Shown: positions 36,561-48,720, counted from the first letter of the stretch. The stretch: DNA of 64,000 nucleotides from an uncultured Burkholderiales bacterium (GCA_903861115.1 CAIOTD010000169.1:669-64668), one strand, 5' to 3'. Numbers and translations: made by a program. Notes: generated by a model not told the origin, from the letters alone.

Positions 36561-37808
36561 TCAAACAGCGGTTTTTTTCAATTCTTTGATCGCAGTCCTT
36601 TTGGCCAACTCCATTTTGGCAATGGCATTGCGATGAACCTCATCGGGGCCATCGACCAATCTCACCGTGCGCTGGTGGGCATAGGCCTCGGCCAACCAAA
36701 AGTCTGAACTGACGCCTGCACCGCCATGGGCCTGAATGGCCCAGTCGAGGACTTTGCAAGACACATTGGGTGCAACGACTTTGATCATAGAGATCTCAGC
36801 TCTGGCAGCCTTGTTGCCCACCGTGTCCATTTTGTGTGCTGCTTGGAGCGTGAGCAAACGGGCTTGATCAATCATGCACCTGGACTCAGCAATGCGCTCA
36901 TGCCAAATGGACTGACTGGACAAGGGACCCCCAAAAGCGATTCTTGATTGGAGACGATCGATCATGGTCTCCAAAGCCCGTTCGGCCGCACCGATGGAGC
37001 GCATGCAGTGGTGAATGCGACCAGGGCCGAGTCGGCCTTGTGCTATTTCAAAGCCACGACCTTCGCCCAAAAGAACATTCTCTAAGGGAACACGAACGTT
37101 GTCTAAATTGATCTCCATGTGCCCATGGGGCGCATCGTCATAGCCAAACACGGTCAAGGGCCTCATGATGGTCACGCCGGGCGCATCACGAGGCACCAAA
37201 ATCATCGATTGCTGCGTGTGCCTGGGCGCATCGGGATCGGTCTTGCCCATGACAATAAAGATTTTGCAGTTGGGGTTGCCTGCCCCTGAGCTGAACCACT
37301 TTCGTCCATTGATGACGTAATGATCCTTGTCTTTTAAAATGCTGCATTGAATGTTGGTTGCATCTGAAGAAGCCACCGATGGCTCGGTCATCAAAAAGGC
37401 AGACCGGATGTCGCCTGCCAGCAAAGGCTCTAACCACTGGCTTTTTTGCGCTTGCGTCGCGTATTTTGCAAATGTCTCCATATTGCCTGTATCGGGTGCC
37501 GAGCAATTGAACACTTCCCCCGACCACATCACGCGACCCATGACTTCACAAAGTGGCGCGTAATCCAAATTACTGATCCCTCCGTGCCCTTTGTAAACAT
37601 GGGGCAAAAACATGTTCCACAGGCCCTGTGATTTGGCTTTATTTTTAAGCTCTTCAATCAAAGGCAAGGGCAGCCATGCATTCCCCCTGTCTCTTGCAGC
37701 TTGGAGTTCTTCGTGATACCGGCCTTCATTGGGGTAAATATGCGCGTCGAAAAAAGCATTCAATCGGGCCAATAAATCCTGCGTTTTTTCAGAGTATTCA
37801 AATGACAT
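36561..37808 (-). CDS. Acyl-CoA dehydrogenase family protein
   Basis: 415 aa with three-domain ACAD collinearity. Has [15 protein letters not shown] and the C-terminal [10 protein letters not shown] region. Confidence 0.9.
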   Translation of the reverse strand: MSFEYSEKTQDLLARLNAFFDAHIYPNEGRYHEELQAARDRGNAWLPLPLIEELKNKAKSQGLWNMFLPHVYKGHGGISNLDYAPLCEVMGRVMWSGEVFNCSAPDTGNMETFAKYATQAQKSQWLEPLLAGDIRSAFLMTEPSVASSDATNIQCSILKDKDHYVINGRKWFSSGAGNPNCKIFIVMGKTDPDAPRHTQQSMILVPRDAPGVTIMRPLTVFGYDDAPHGHMEINLDNVRVPLENVLLGEGRGFEIAQGRLGPGRIHHCMRSIGAAERALETMIDRLQSRIAFGGPLSSQSIWHERIAESRCMIDQARLLTLQAAHKMDTVGNKAARAEISMIKVVAPNVSCKVLDWAIQAHGGAGVSSDFWLAEAYAHQRTVRLVDGPDEVHRNAIAKMELAKRTAIKELKKTAV

Positions 37809-37904
37809 TAAAACACCTCAACGTTAAAAAATGGCTCGACAAAACAAAGGGCAACTCAAAGCGCTCATCACCCTGCAGCCATTTGATTCTAGTCTCAACC
37901 CCGT

Positions 37905-38543
37905 TTATTTCGTGCCGTAGATGCGGTCCCCCGCATCACCAAGTCCAGGCAGAATGTAACCATGATCACTCAACTGCCTATCTATAGAGGCCGTGTAGAT
38001 GGCCACATCCGGGTGGGCCTTTTGAAGCGCCAATACACCTTCAGGGCAGGTCAGCAAACATAAAAATTTGATGGACCGAGGCTTTAGGGCTTTGATGCGT
38101 TCAATGGCCGCAATGGCTGAATTGCCTGTGGCCAACATGGGATCCACGACAATGACATCTCTTTCATGCATATTGGAGGGCATCTTGAAGTAATACTCGA
38201 TCGCCTTCAAGGTATCGGGGTCACGGTAAAGTCCAACATGACCCACCCTTGCACCCGGCACAACAGACAAAGCACCGTCCAATATCCCATTGCCGGCCCT
38301 CAAAATACTGGCAAAGACGAGTTTTTTACCATCAATCACCGGCGTCATCATGCTTTCAAGGGGAGTCTCAATTTGGACCAATTGTGTGGGCATGTCGCGT
38401 GTTAACTCGTAAACCATCAGCGAAGACAACTCATTCACGAGTTGTCTGAACAAGATGGAACTCGTGTCTTTTCGCCGGATCAAAGATAATTTGTGCTGAA
38501 TCAAGGGGTGATCAAGCAAGAACAGGTTTTTATCTATTTGCAT
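37905..38543 (-). CDS. upp: Uracil phosphoribosyltransferase
   Basis: 212 aa. [20 protein letters not shown]-terminus, PRPP loop [12 protein letters not shown], and C-terminal [13 protein letters not shown]. Confidence 0.95.
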   Translation of the reverse strand: MQIDKNLFLLDHPLIQHKLSLIRRKDTSSILFRQLVNELSSLMVYELTRDMPTQLVQIETPLESMMTPVIDGKKLVFASILRAGNGILDGALSVVPGARVGHVGLYRDPDTLKAIEYYFKMPSNMHERDVIVVDPMLATGNSAIAAIERIKALKPRSIKFLCLLTCPEGVLALQKAHPDVAIYTASIDRQLSDHGYILPGLGDAGDRIYGTK

Positions 38544-38583
38544 AAGTCATCCTTAAATATAGTCGTACTCTGACAAGGGATTC

Positions 38584-38796
38584 TTAGTTCTCTAAAAACA
38601 CTTTTTGAACAATGGCGATCAAAAAGAAAGTCGCCGTCAAAATTAATGTCCCCATCATGGTTTTTAAGCCAAGACGCTTGTAATGCTCACCCCGCCCTTT
38701 CAGAAAAAGTGCAAAGCAAAGAAGACTTGCAAACAAGCCCAGAAAAAAGAAAATTCTAACAAGGACCAGCATGGCAAGGTGTGGCCAATAAATCAA
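38584..38796 (-). CDS. Small two-TM membrane protein (hypothetical)
   Basis: 70 aa with two hydrophobic helices separated by KGRGEHYKRLGLK. Overlaps the 3' end of the upstream P-loop gene. There is no family evidence. Confidence 0.35.
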   Translation of the reverse strand: MIYWPHLAMLVLVRIFFFLGLFASLLCFALFLKGRGEHYKRLGLKTMMGTLILTATFFLIAIVQKVFLEN

Positions 38797-39349
38797 TCAT
38801 GGCGTCAAATTTCGCTTGATCAAATTCAGTATTATCAAATCGATACAGTTGAGGATGTTTCGGCGGCTCAATTCGACGCCTCTTATACTCGTCCCAGTGT
38901 TCGATCTTCCATTTGTCCCTTGGATCGGCTCTTTTTTCAATTCGTTTTTTAGCCTCCAAGACGTCCAAATCAACCCAAACCACTTTGATCTCGGTCTCTG
39001 AGGGCAAGCGCAGAAATACCGTATCAAACATGTGCAAAGATTGAATTTCTTTTGAAAATGGGCCCACCAGGATCACATCCACACCGAGCTCCAAATTTTC
39101 TCTGGCGATGTCTACCAAGCCAGAGTACTCCCAGTCTCGGAAATTATCCAAATAAACTGGGCTATCGCGGTCCTCTTCATTGCCCGTTAACACGCCCAGC
39201 AAATGTGAACTGAAGGCCCCATAGGCCGTATCTTTGTCCAAAAAGATGAAAGGATGCTGACATTTCTCAATGAGCTTGGGCATGGCTTTTTTGGCAACGG
39301 TTGTTTTGCCTGTGCCGGCATGTCCTGCAAAGATGATTAATTTACCCAT
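38756..39349 (-). CDS. P-loop NTPase, small kinase-like (AAA_33/zeta-toxin-like layout)
   Basis: 197 aa. Walker A FAGHAGTGKTT and Walker-B-like FIFLDKD. Substrate unknown. Confidence 0.65.
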   Translation of the reverse strand: MGKLIIFAGHAGTGKTTVAKKAMPKLIEKCQHPFIFLDKDTAYGAFSSHLLGVLTGNEEDRDSPVYLDNFRDWEYSGLVDIARENLELGVDVILVGPFSKEIQSLHMFDTVFLRLPSETEIKVVWVDLDVLEAKKRIEKRADPRDKWKIEHWDEYKRRRIEPPKHPQLYRFDNTEFDQAKFDAMIDLLATPCHAGPC

Positions 39350-39417
39350 GACCCACTCAACTCTTTATTTGTATGTATATTAAACTGAATTCTTCATTAA
39401 TTTTGTAAACACCCGAC

Positions 39418-39726
39418 ATGAATCCGCCGTGGCTCAAGGAAAACAGCGATAAAACAGGGCATTGGCTTGAAATTGCCCTTCTTTGTCAACCAGGGGCGAA
39501 AAAAACAGAAATTCAAGGGGAATATGCCGATCGTTTGAAGATTCGCATTGCCTCCCCCCCCGTTGACGGCAAAGCCAATGACGAACTTAAAAAATGGTTT
39601 GCCAAAAGACTTGGCCTGAACAACGCTTGCATCGAACTCATTTCAGGTGAGAGCGGCAAGCAAAAGAAGCTGAGAGTCAGACAACTCAGCGCCCAAGAAA
39701 TGCTCAAACGCCTCGAACTCACATGA
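39418..39726 (+). CDS. DUF167 (YggU) family protein
   Basis: 102 aa. QPGAKKTEIQGEYADRLKIRIASPPVDGKANDEL is the conserved YggU core. Confidence 0.8.
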   Translation: MNPPWLKENSDKTGHWLEIALLCQPGAKKTEIQGEYADRLKIRIASPPVDGKANDELKKWFAKRLGLNNACIELISGESGKQKKLRVRQLSAQEMLKRLELT

Positions 39727-39840
39727 GAGGCTGCCTATCGGTGTTAATCCCAATGCAAATCTAGACGCATGAGCGACCTTGTCAGCATGAATGCGCCCAT
39801 AATGATTGAACTGACTTAGCTCACTTGAAAGCACGCCACA

Positions 39841-40794
39841 ATGACTATTTTGAATGCATCGACCAAGGCCTTGTTGTTTCGACTTTTTTGCATCCTGCTC
39901 GGCAGCTCTAGCCTGTGCGTGTCGTTTGCTCAGACTGGCAAGCCCAAGTTGAATTACGACCCCAATGCACAAGTGGCCATTGACATCTCTGAGCTAGAGT
40001 ACTTAAGGAGCGAAACAGGTCGATCTCTAAAGGCAAGGATCTACCAGCCTAAAGGCAACGGCCCTTTCCCGACATTGATCGATTTTCATGGTGGCGCATG
40101 GAACAACAAAGATCGTCTTGCAGAACAACCCATGGACGCGGCCATTGCAAAAAGTGGCGTCTTGGTCATTGCGGTTGATTTAACGCTGGCGGGGGATCGC
40201 CCCTACCCAGCCAATGTTCAAGACGCTCACTATGCCGTGCGTTGGGTCAAACACCATGCCAAGCAATGGAATGGAGACGTGAGCACACTGGGCGTTTACG
40301 GCAGCTCAAGCGGTGGCCATGTTGGTGAATTGTTGTCCCTCAAGCCCAATGAGCCCTTGTTCGCAAAAATTCCCTTTGCCCCCAACCCACAACTGGACGC
40401 CTCCTTTTCATACCTGGCAACACGCTCTCCCATCAGCAATCCTCCAGCAAGGTACGAAAATGCCATCCATCACAAGCGCGAGAACATGATCAAGAACAAC
40501 TTGAACTATTTCAAGCCTTGGGAAACCATCTACGAATCGAGTCCTCAAGCCATTTTGGACAAAAAGTTGGCCCCCAAAAAACTCATCCCCTTGCTGATCA
40601 TGCAAGGCGAGCTCGATGACAATGTTCTACCTGAAACCCAAAAACACTTTGCACAAAGTTATCAAGCTGCAGGCGGAGACTGTACCTTCTTGATTTTCGA
40701 AAAGAGTGAGCATGAATGGGTTGCAGTTGAGAGCATTCAAACCGATCTTGCCCGCAAAACAGTCAAAAATTTTATTGCCAAACAATTGCTTTAA
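39841..40794 (+). CDS. Secreted alpha/beta hydrolase fold-3 esterase/lipase
   Basis: 317 aa. Signal-like LLFRLFCILLGSSSLCVSFAQ. Oxyanion HGGAW and nucleophile elbow GSSSGGH. Confidence 0.8.
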   Translation: MTILNASTKALLFRLFCILLGSSSLCVSFAQTGKPKLNYDPNAQVAIDISELEYLRSETGRSLKARIYQPKGNGPFPTLIDFHGGAWNNKDRLAEQPMDAAIAKSGVLVIAVDLTLAGDRPYPANVQDAHYAVRWVKHHAKQWNGDVSTLGVYGSSSGGHVGELLSLKPNEPLFAKIPFAPNPQLDASFSYLATRSPISNPPARYENAIHHKRENMIKNNLNYFKPWETIYESSPQAILDKKLAPKKLIPLLIMQGELDDNVLPETQKHFAQSYQAAGGDCTFLIFEKSEHEWVAVESIQTDLARKTVKNFIAKQLL

Positions 40795-41047
40795 AGCGAT
40801 AAGTGCCTTCTTTGATGCATTGGACAAAGATCCATTGATTGTCTAAGCGACAAAGCCTTGAGTGATTGGGCGAAAAAGCACCAAGTCGGCACTCGCCTCT
40901 TACCACCTGAAGAAACCAACAGGCGTGAACATAAATGTCTGGTTGGGGTGACTTCGTGCGCCGCATTGAGCATCGCAAAGCCTGCAAATTAATGCGGGTA
41001 AAATGCAGGCTCAATTGCTTTTCCACCTCACAAACGACAAGCCCCTC

Positions 41048-42232
41048 ATGCCATCAACCCCCTTTCTTAATAAAAATCTACTTCTATTGATCGCATGCCA
41101 AGGCTTGTTTCTCACCAACAACGTTACCTTTATCGCCATCAACGGCTTGGTGGGACTGGGTCTCACGCCCATTGCTTGGATGGCAACCCTTCCCGTGATG
41201 GGGTATGTGGTGGGCAGTGCCCTCTCAACGTCCCTGGTTTCCAAAGCTCAATCGCGTTTTGGGCGCAGAAAATCCTTTCAACTGGGCTTGATCGTTGCAA
41301 TCTGCTCCTCTCTCATTTGTGCCTATGCGGCGTGGACCAAGAATTTTTGGCTTCTCAGCACGGGCACCTTGGTGGCTGGGTTTTATAGCGCCAATGCGCA
41401 ACTTTATCGATTTGCAGCGACTGAGCTAACAGCCGACGTCCACAAAGAAAAGGCGGTCTCCTGGGTCTTGGCTGGTGGCATCATAGGCGCCGTCATTGGC
41501 CCCAATTTGGCGACTTGGACGAAAAATATTCTTTCTGCTCCTTTTGTGGGTGCCTATTTGGCATTGACCTTGGTCGGACTCACGGGCATTGTGCTGATGC
41601 AATTCATCGACTTTCCCACTGAAGAGGCCGCTCGCGAGGGTGCACAACCACAAAGAGACATCAAAGAGATCATCTCTCAACCCATTTTTATCGTCTCGGC
41701 CATTTGCGCGGCCTTGGGGTACGGGATCATGAATTTACTCATGGCCGCAACGCCTCTTGCCATGGAGGTCTGTGGACATCCCTTTTCCAGCACCGCTTTG
41801 GTTCTTGAGTTTCACGTGATCAGCATGTTTGCGCCTGGTTTTTTTACGGGCTCACTCATCAAACGATTTGGAAAAGTAAAAATCATGCTCACGGGCTTGG
41901 TTTTGAATGCCTTGTGCGTGGCCATTGCATTGAATGGTGAGGATTTGAGCCATTTTCTTGGGGCATTGATTTGCCTGGGCGTGGGATGGAACTTTCTTTT
42001 TACCGGAGCCACCACCATGGCCATGTCAACCTACAGACCCGAGGAAAAGAACAAGGCGCAAGCGGCCATCAATTTCTTTGTTTTTTCAACCATGGCCCTC
42101 ACCTCGTTTGGCTCTGGCGCCTTGGTCACCACCCAAGGCTGGAGTTTGCTCAACGCTTGGTCATTGGTGCTGCTGGTGATCATTGGTTTGTCCTTGCTCT
42201 ACTTGGTATTTAAACTCAAGTTCAAAGATTGA
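41048..42232 (+). CDS. MFS transporter
   Basis: The track ORF starts at 41003, and ATG 41048 (MPSTPFLNKN...) is more likely. About 12 TM segments, and a GRRKS loop motif after TM2. Confidence 0.8.
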   Translation: MPSTPFLNKNLLLLIACQGLFLTNNVTFIAINGLVGLGLTPIAWMATLPVMGYVVGSALSTSLVSKAQSRFGRRKSFQLGLIVAICSSLICAYAAWTKNFWLLSTGTLVAGFYSANAQLYRFAATELTADVHKEKAVSWVLAGGIIGAVIGPNLATWTKNILSAPFVGAYLALTLVGLTGIVLMQFIDFPTEEAAREGAQPQRDIKEIISQPIFIVSAICAALGYGIMNLLMAATPLAMEVCGHPFSSTALVLEFHVISMFAPGFFTGSLIKRFGKVKIMLTGLVLNALCVAIALNGEDLSHFLGALICLGVGWNFLFTGATTMAMSTYRPEEKNKAQAAINFFVFSTMALTSFGSGALVTTQGWSLLNAWSLVLLVIIGLSLLYLVFKLKFKD

Positions 42233-42360
42233 GATCAAAGGCATCCATTCAGGGAAAAACAAGGACACGATGAATGTGTACGCATCACTGATGGCTTGGT
42301 CGTTTCAGACAACAGCATACGGTGAATGAAAAAAAATAGGCCTAACACGACTTGCTCAAA

Positions 42361-43680
42361 TCAGCCGATCCATTGAGGCAACCACGTCGCGATGGCTGGC
42401 ACGAAGAACACGGCAACGAGGAGCAAAATGCTCATCACAACGTAGGGCACAACGGCCATAAAAATATGTCCCATGGTCACACTTGCTGGGGCAACACCTC
42501 TCATGGTCATGAGCAGTAAACCATGAGGCGGCAACAAGAGTCCGAGTTGCATGCAAATTAAAAACATCACCCCAAACCAAATGGGATCAATTCCCAAAGA
42601 TTGCACCAAAGGCATGAAAATCGGCAAGGTGATCATCATCATGCTGACTTGGTCGACGAAAACACCTAAAAAAATCAAGATCAACATCATCCCAAGGATG
42701 ATGGCGTTGGTTGACAGACCCTGCCCCGTGATGAACTGAACCATGCCTGTGCTGGCGCCAGAAAAGGACAGAATTTGTGCGAAGGTGGTGGCCCCTAAAA
42801 TGATGAACAAAATCATGCCGGAAATCCCAGCGGTTCCTTTCAAGCTTTTGACCATCGCCTCAAAACTCAACACCCTGTAGACAAGTGCAAGCACCAGAGT
42901 GGCAAAGGCACCCACAGCGGCACATTCAGTTGGTGTGGCCCACCCCATGGCCAAAGCCCCCACCACGATGCCAAAAATGGAAAGTGTTGGCAAGACATAG
43001 CCAAAAAATAGGCTCCAACGCTGCCAACCGTGATAACTGACCTCGTGATCGTCCTCTGGCGCCAACTCAGGTGAGATGCTGACACGGGTGACGATCCATA
43101 AAACAAAAGCCATCGACAAGACAATGCCTGGCATCACACCGCCAATCAATAGTTTTGAAATGGAAATGCCAGAGAGGGATCCCAGCAAAACCGTTAAGGC
43201 TGACGGAGGGATCAACATATCCACGGCGCCAATGGCCATGATGGGACCTGCAGCAATGGTTGGGTGATAGCCCCTCGCGAGCATCACCGGAAGCATCAAA
43301 GAGCCCAGCATTGCAGTGGTCGCGATGGTGGATCCAGAGATGGCTGAAAAAACGGTGCCCGCCACCACCGCCACCACCGAGAGTCGACCCGGCACTTTAA
43401 CGATCAGTCGCTCAATGCCCTCGATGACCTTCAGCGCCAGACCCGTGTGAAACAAAATCTCCCCCATCAACACAAACAAAGGGATGGGCGTGAGCGAAAA
43501 AGCCATGACAGAACTCACACTGCTTCTTGCCAGTTGAATGAGACCAGGCTCTCCCCCCATATAGAGCCAAGCACCCAAGAGGTTGATGGATATGAAGGTC
43601 AGTGCAACGGGCATCCCAATAAAAAGCAAAACCGTTGACCCCCCCAACATCAACCAAGCGGCGATTTGCCAATTATTCAT
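42361..43680 (-). CDS. dctM: TRAP transporter large permease (DctM)
   Basis: 439 aa, polytopic, collinear with DctM-family permeases. Confidence 0.9.
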   Translation of the reverse strand: MNNWQIAAWLMLGGSTVLLFIGMPVALTFISINLLGAWLYMGGEPGLIQLARSSVSSVMAFSLTPIPLFVLMGEILFHTGLALKVIEGIERLIVKVPGRLSVVAVVAGTVFSAISGSTIATTAMLGSLMLPVMLARGYHPTIAAGPIMAIGAVDMLIPPSALTVLLGSLSGISISKLLIGGVMPGIVLSMAFVLWIVTRVSISPELAPEDDHEVSYHGWQRWSLFFGYVLPTLSIFGIVVGALAMGWATPTECAAVGAFATLVLALVYRVLSFEAMVKSLKGTAGISGMILFIILGATTFAQILSFSGASTGMVQFITGQGLSTNAIILGMMLILIFLGVFVDQVSMMMITLPIFMPLVQSLGIDPIWFGVMFLICMQLGLLLPPHGLLLMTMRGVAPASVTMGHIFMAVVPYVVMSILLLVAVFFVPAIATWLPQWIG

Positions 43681-43715
43681 GCGATTTGCTTTGGGTTATC
43701 AATTAAAGACACGAC

Positions 43716-44243
43716 TCAAGAGGCACTGACTGCATCGTGCCGAGGACCCCGTGGCCCTTGATAAAGACGCCGCATGCGAAAAAGCATTTCGATGCTCAAG
43801 AGTAGGAAGACAAATGGAAGGGGTGCCAAGCTCCACCACTCGGGTGTGACCAGGGTTTTGATGCTCAAAGCACCTGACTCGTAGCTGTGAAGACTGGCCT
43901 TGAAAGAATAGAACATGATCAAGACACAACATGCCAAGCCGATCAGGTCCCCCACGCACTCCAAACACCACGCCAATTTTGCTGGGATGGCTTGAAGGAC
44001 GATGTCCACACGGATGTGCTGACCTTGCCTGAGCAACCAAGGGGCCACACACATGGTGATTAAATAGAGCATCAACTCCGAAATTTCATTGCTCCAAGCG
44101 AGTCCTTTGGGCAAGAATGAAATGGCCAAATCACGAAGCAACACATCGGTGACGATGATGAGCATCATACAAAAAAGAAGTGCACAACCCAGCCAAGCCA
44201 ATGCGGCAATGAATTGACCGAAAAGATGAGACAAGCGATCCAT
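43716..44243 (-). CDS. dctQ: TRAP transporter small permease (DctQ)
   Basis: 175 aa with four TM segments, positioned between the dctP-like and dctM-like genes. Confidence 0.85.
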   Translation of the reverse strand: MDRLSHLFGQFIAALAWLGCALLFCMMLIIVTDVLLRDLAISFLPKGLAWSNEISELMLYLITMCVAPWLLRQGQHIRVDIVLQAIPAKLAWCLECVGDLIGLACCVLIMFYSFKASLHSYESGALSIKTLVTPEWWSLAPLPFVFLLLSIEMLFRMRRLYQGPRGPRHDAVSAS

Positions 44244-44252
44244 TCAATTCAA

Positions 44253-45221
<969 letters not shown>

Positions 45222-45503
45222 TTATAGTTCCTCTCAATGAACTGAATCTCTTCACTCCAACGACTGTGTTGTAGACTTTTTTTTAATTATGTTGATCTTT
45301 CACTTTCTTAATATTGGCTGATACCCTAAAGGTGATAACCCACCCCCAAATGCTTGCACATAAAAAAAGTAACGACCCCGTTTTTTACATCCTTCAATAC
45401 GCCATTCGCTGAAAGTCCAATCGAAACGCCGGGGACTGCACCCCGTCCAAGTCACCCGATCCCAGGGTTCAAGACCACAACAAAAGAATACAAAAGAAGT
45501 ACA

Positions 45504-45532
45504 AAATAATTTAGTTGACAACTAAATTATTT
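45504..45532. promoter_or_regulatory. 29-bp near-perfect palindrome (14-bp arms, 1-nt centre) overlapping a TTGACA -35 box; candidate operator (MarR?) of the aryl-CoA operon
   Basis: aaataatttagttg-a-caactaaattattt. TTGACA (45515-45520) sits on the dyad. TAAATT lies 17 nt downstream (45538-45543), an aaaggtg RBS is at 45564-45570, and the ATG is at 45575. Confidence 0.5.
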
Positions 45533-45574
45533 CCAATTAAATTAATACCAGCTTGATTAAATTAAAGGTGCCCT

Positions 45575-47929
45575 ATGAAAATCATATGCATTGGGGGAGG
45601 ACCGGCTGGTCTGTACTTCGCGTTGTTGATGAAAATGCAACATGCCGGTCACGACATCACCGTCGTTGAGCGAAACAAACCCTTTGACACCTTCGGTTGG
45701 GGGGTTGTCTTTTCAGATCAAACCCTTGGAAACCTAGAGAAAGCAGATGCAAAAAGCGCCAAGGAAATACTTGCCTCCTTTAACCATTGGGACGATATTG
45801 AGGTGCGTCTCAAAGGTGAAGTCAGTCGCTCAAGCGGTCATGGGTTTTGTGGTATTGGTCGAAAAAGACTGCTCAATATCTTGCAAAACCGCTGCCTTGA
45901 GGAAGGCGTCAATTTGTTGTTCGACCAAGATGTCACCGATGACGAGGCCTTTAAGGATGCGGACTTGATCATTGCAAGTGATGGGCTCAATAGCCGAATT
46001 CGAACAAAGTACGAGAAAAGCTACAAACCAAATATTGATATTCGAAAATGCAGATTTGTATGGCTAGGAACCGCCAAACTCTTTGAAGCGTTCACCTTCG
46101 CATTTGAAAAAACACATCACGGTTGGTACCAAGCCCACTGTTACCAATTTGACAGCGAACTCTCGACCTTCATTGTTGAGACCACCGAAGAGACCTGGCT
46201 TCAAGAGGGGCTGGACAAATTGAGTAAAGAGGAGTCCATTGCCTTTTGCGAAAAACTATTCGCCAAGCATTTGGATGGCCACGCCTTGCTGTCCAATGCG
46301 GAACACTTAAGGGGATCGAGCCAGTGGATCAAATTCCCCAGAGTCATTTGCGAGAATTGGGTTCACCACAATGGACATGCACCCGTTGTTTTGATGGGCG
46401 ATGCAGCGCATACAGCCCACTTCTCTATCGGCTCTGGGACAAAGCTTGCGCTTGAAGACTCGATTGAACTGGCCAAATGCATCGCAGACCATCAAGGCGA
46501 TCTCTCACAAGCTCTGACGAGCTATCAAGCACAGAGAAGCGTTGAGGTGTTAAAAATTCAAAATGCAGCCCGAAACTCAACCGAATGGTTCGAAAATGTC
46601 GAGCGATACATGCACTTGCCTGCGCACCAATTTGCCTACTCACTGCTGACCAGAAGCCAACGCATCAGTCACGAGAACCTTAGGCTTCGGGATCCTGCCT
46701 ATGTGAAAGATTTTGAAACTTGGTTTGCCGCTCAAACAGGCTTGGTCTCTGGACACGCTAAAACACCTGTGCCGCCGATGTTCACCCCCTTCAAATTAAG
46801 AGAAGTGACGCTTAAAAACCGCATTGTGGTCTCGCCCATGGCGCAGTATTCCTGTACCGACGGCATGCCCGAAGATTATCACTTGGTGCATTTGGGCGCA
46901 CGGGCCATGGGAGGAGCCGCTTTGGTCATGACGGAGATGACGTGTATTTCTCCTCAAGCTCGAATCACCCCAGGCTGTCCAGGCATTTGGAACAAACACC
47001 AAGCAAAAGGCTGGCAAAGGATTGTGGACTTTGTCCATGAAAACACAGATGCCAAAATTGGTATTCAACTGGGCCACTCGGGCGCCAAAGGTTCAACCAA
47101 ACTCGCTTGGGACGGCATTGATCAACCCCTAGAGCAAGACAATTGGGAGTTGCTTTCAGCTTCTAGACAGCAATACGTTCCCAATCAAAGCCATTGGTCC
47201 CAAGCCATCTCGTTGCACCAAATGGAGCACATCAAGCATGAGTTTGTGAACTCCACAAAACTTGCCATCGAGGCGGGCTTTGATTGGTTAGAGTTGCATT
47301 GCGCGCATGGTTATTTGCTCTCTTCTTTTATCTCACCGCTTACCAACCAAAGATCAGATGAGTACGGAGGCGATTTAAAAGCAAGACTTAAATATCCCTT
47401 AGAAATATTTAAAGCCATCCGCGACGTCTGGCCTGCTGAACTGCCCATCTCTGTGAGAATCTCAACGCATGACTGGGTGGAAGGCGGCATTACACCAGAT
47501 GATGCGGTCATGATTGCAAAGTATTTCAAAATCGCCGGAGCCGACTTGATCGACTGCTCTTCTGGTCAAGTCAGCAAAGCTGAAAAACCCATCTATGGCC
47601 GCATGTTTCAGACCCCCATGTCTGACCGAGTTCGTCAAGAGGCACAAATTCCAACAATTGCGGTTGGCGCCATCTCTGACGCCGACCAAGTCAATAGCAT
47701 CATTGCATCGGGAAGAGCTGATCTCTGTGCCGTTGCAAGACCTCACCTGGCCAATCCACATTGGACACTCATGGAAGCTGCAAAAATTGGATATTTTGAC
47801 TTGGCCTGGCCCAAACCCTACCAATCAGGAAAAGTTCAGCTTGAGAGAAACTTGGAGAGAGAAAAAATGTTGAGCCAACAATCAATGGGCTCAAGTGCAC
47901 TGAAAGAAAAATTAGAAGCGGGTCAATAA
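45575..47929 (+). CDS. Bifunctional aryl-CoA monooxygenase/reductase (2-aminobenzoyl-CoA monooxygenase/reductase / salicylyl-CoA 5-hydroxylase type)
   Basis: 784 aa. The N-terminal FAD aromatic hydroxylase domain ([41 protein letters not shown]) is fused to an Old-Yellow-Enzyme-type domain ([32 protein letters not shown]). Confidence 0.9.
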   Translation: MKIICIGGGPAGLYFALLMKMQHAGHDITVVERNKPFDTFGWGVVFSDQTLGNLEKADAKSAKEILASFNHWDDIEVRLKGEVSRSSGHGFCGIGRKRLLNILQNRCLEEGVNLLFDQDVTDDEAFKDADLIIASDGLNSRIRTKYEKSYKPNIDIRKCRFVWLGTAKLFEAFTFAFEKTHHGWYQAHCYQFDSELSTFIVETTEETWLQEGLDKLSKEESIAFCEKLFAKHLDGHALLSNAEHLRGSSQWIKFPRVICENWVHHNGHAPVVLMGDAAHTAHFSIGSGTKLALEDSIELAKCIADHQGDLSQALTSYQAQRSVEVLKIQNAARNSTEWFENVERYMHLPAHQFAYSLLTRSQRISHENLRLRDPAYVKDFETWFAAQTGLVSGHAKTPVPPMFTPFKLREVTLKNRIVVSPMAQYSCTDGMPEDYHLVHLGARAMGGAALVMTEMTCISPQARITPGCPGIWNKHQAKGWQRIVDFVHENTDAKIGIQLGHSGAKGSTKLAWDGIDQPLEQDNWELLSASRQQYVPNQSHWSQAISLHQMEHIKHEFVNSTKLAIEAGFDWLELHCAHGYLLSSFISPLTNQRSDEYGGDLKARLKYPLEIFKAIRDVWPAELPISVRISTHDWVEGGITPDDAVMIAKYFKIAGADLIDCSSGQVSKAEKPIYGRMFQTPMSDRVRQEAQIPTIAVGAISDADQVNSIIASGRADLCAVARPHLANPHWTLMEAAKIGYFDLAWPKPYQSGKVQLERNLEREKMLSQQSMGSSALKEKLEAGQ

Positions 47930-47931
47930 AA

Positions 47932-48717
47932 ATGATTGCATTTTCGAATCTGAAATCTACACATGTGCTGATCACAGGCGCGGGAAAAGGCATTGGACGA
48001 GCGATCGCGCTAGAGATGGGCCAACATGTTTCAAAAATGAGCTTGATCGGCCGGAATTTAAAAAATCTGCTTGAGGTTAAAACCCTCATTGGCAACAAGT
48101 GCGAAATTCAGACCTTTGAGTGTGATGTCACCAATCCAAAAGCAGTTGAAGAGACTTTTTTAAGAGCAAGCACCGCATTGGGTCCCATCGGCGTATTGAT
48201 CAACAATGCGGGTCAAGCACGAAGTGCCTCTTTTCAAAAAACCACGTTAGAAGATTGGCAAACCATGCTGGACGTGAATTTGAGTGGCACGTTCTTGTGC
48301 ACTCAAGCAGTGATTGAAGGCATGCTGAACTTACCCTTTGCTCGTGTGATCAACATTGCAAGCACTGCGGCGCAAAAGGGCTACCCCTATGTGAGCGCCT
48401 ATGCGGCTGCTAAACACGGCGTCTTGGGACTGACCAGATCTTTGGCCTTGGAATTTGCCAAGAGCTCCGTCACATTCAATGCCGTTTGCCCAGGCTTTAC
48501 AGACACCGACATCGTTGCAGAAAGTTTGAAGACCATTTCAGCAAAAACCCATTTAAGCCATGAAGAGGCGCTTAAAGAGTTGATCAAAAACAATCCTCAA
48601 CGCCGCCTGATTTCCCCACAGGAAGTCGCTCAACAAGTCCTTTGGCTTTGTCATGATCAATCACAAAGCATCAACGGCCAAGCTTTGTCCATCGCGGGCG
48701 GGGAAGTGATGTCTTAA
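47932..48717 (+). CDS. SDR-family oxidoreductase (3-hydroxyacyl-CoA dehydrogenase-like)
   Basis: 261 aa. ITGAGKGIGRAIA, NNAG and catalytic YAAAKHG. Starts 2 nt after the upstream stop. Confidence 0.85.
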   Translation: MIAFSNLKSTHVLITGAGKGIGRAIALEMGQHVSKMSLIGRNLKNLLEVKTLIGNKCEIQTFECDVTNPKAVEETFLRASTALGPIGVLINNAGQARSASFQKTTLEDWQTMLDVNLSGTFLCTQAVIEGMLNLPFARVINIASTAAQKGYPYVSAYAAAKHGVLGLTRSLALEFAKSSVTFNAVCPGFTDTDIVAESLKTISAKTHLSHEEALKELIKNNPQRRLISPQEVAQQVLWLCHDQSQSINGQALSIAGGEVMS

Positions 48718-48720
48718 GGC

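Noticed and set aside
45455-45480. tRNA-like T-loop string GGTTCAAGACC
   Set aside because: No complementary T-stem, acceptor stem or anticodon arm can be drawn around it on either strand. It is not a tRNA or a tRNA fragment that I can support.
45300-45521. 73-aa minus-strand ORF in the TRAP / aryl-CoA-operon spacer
   Set aside because: Its composition is rich in Trp, Cys and Phe and unlike real proteins. It has no RBS and it runs into the operator palindrome. I treat it as non-coding leader or spacer.
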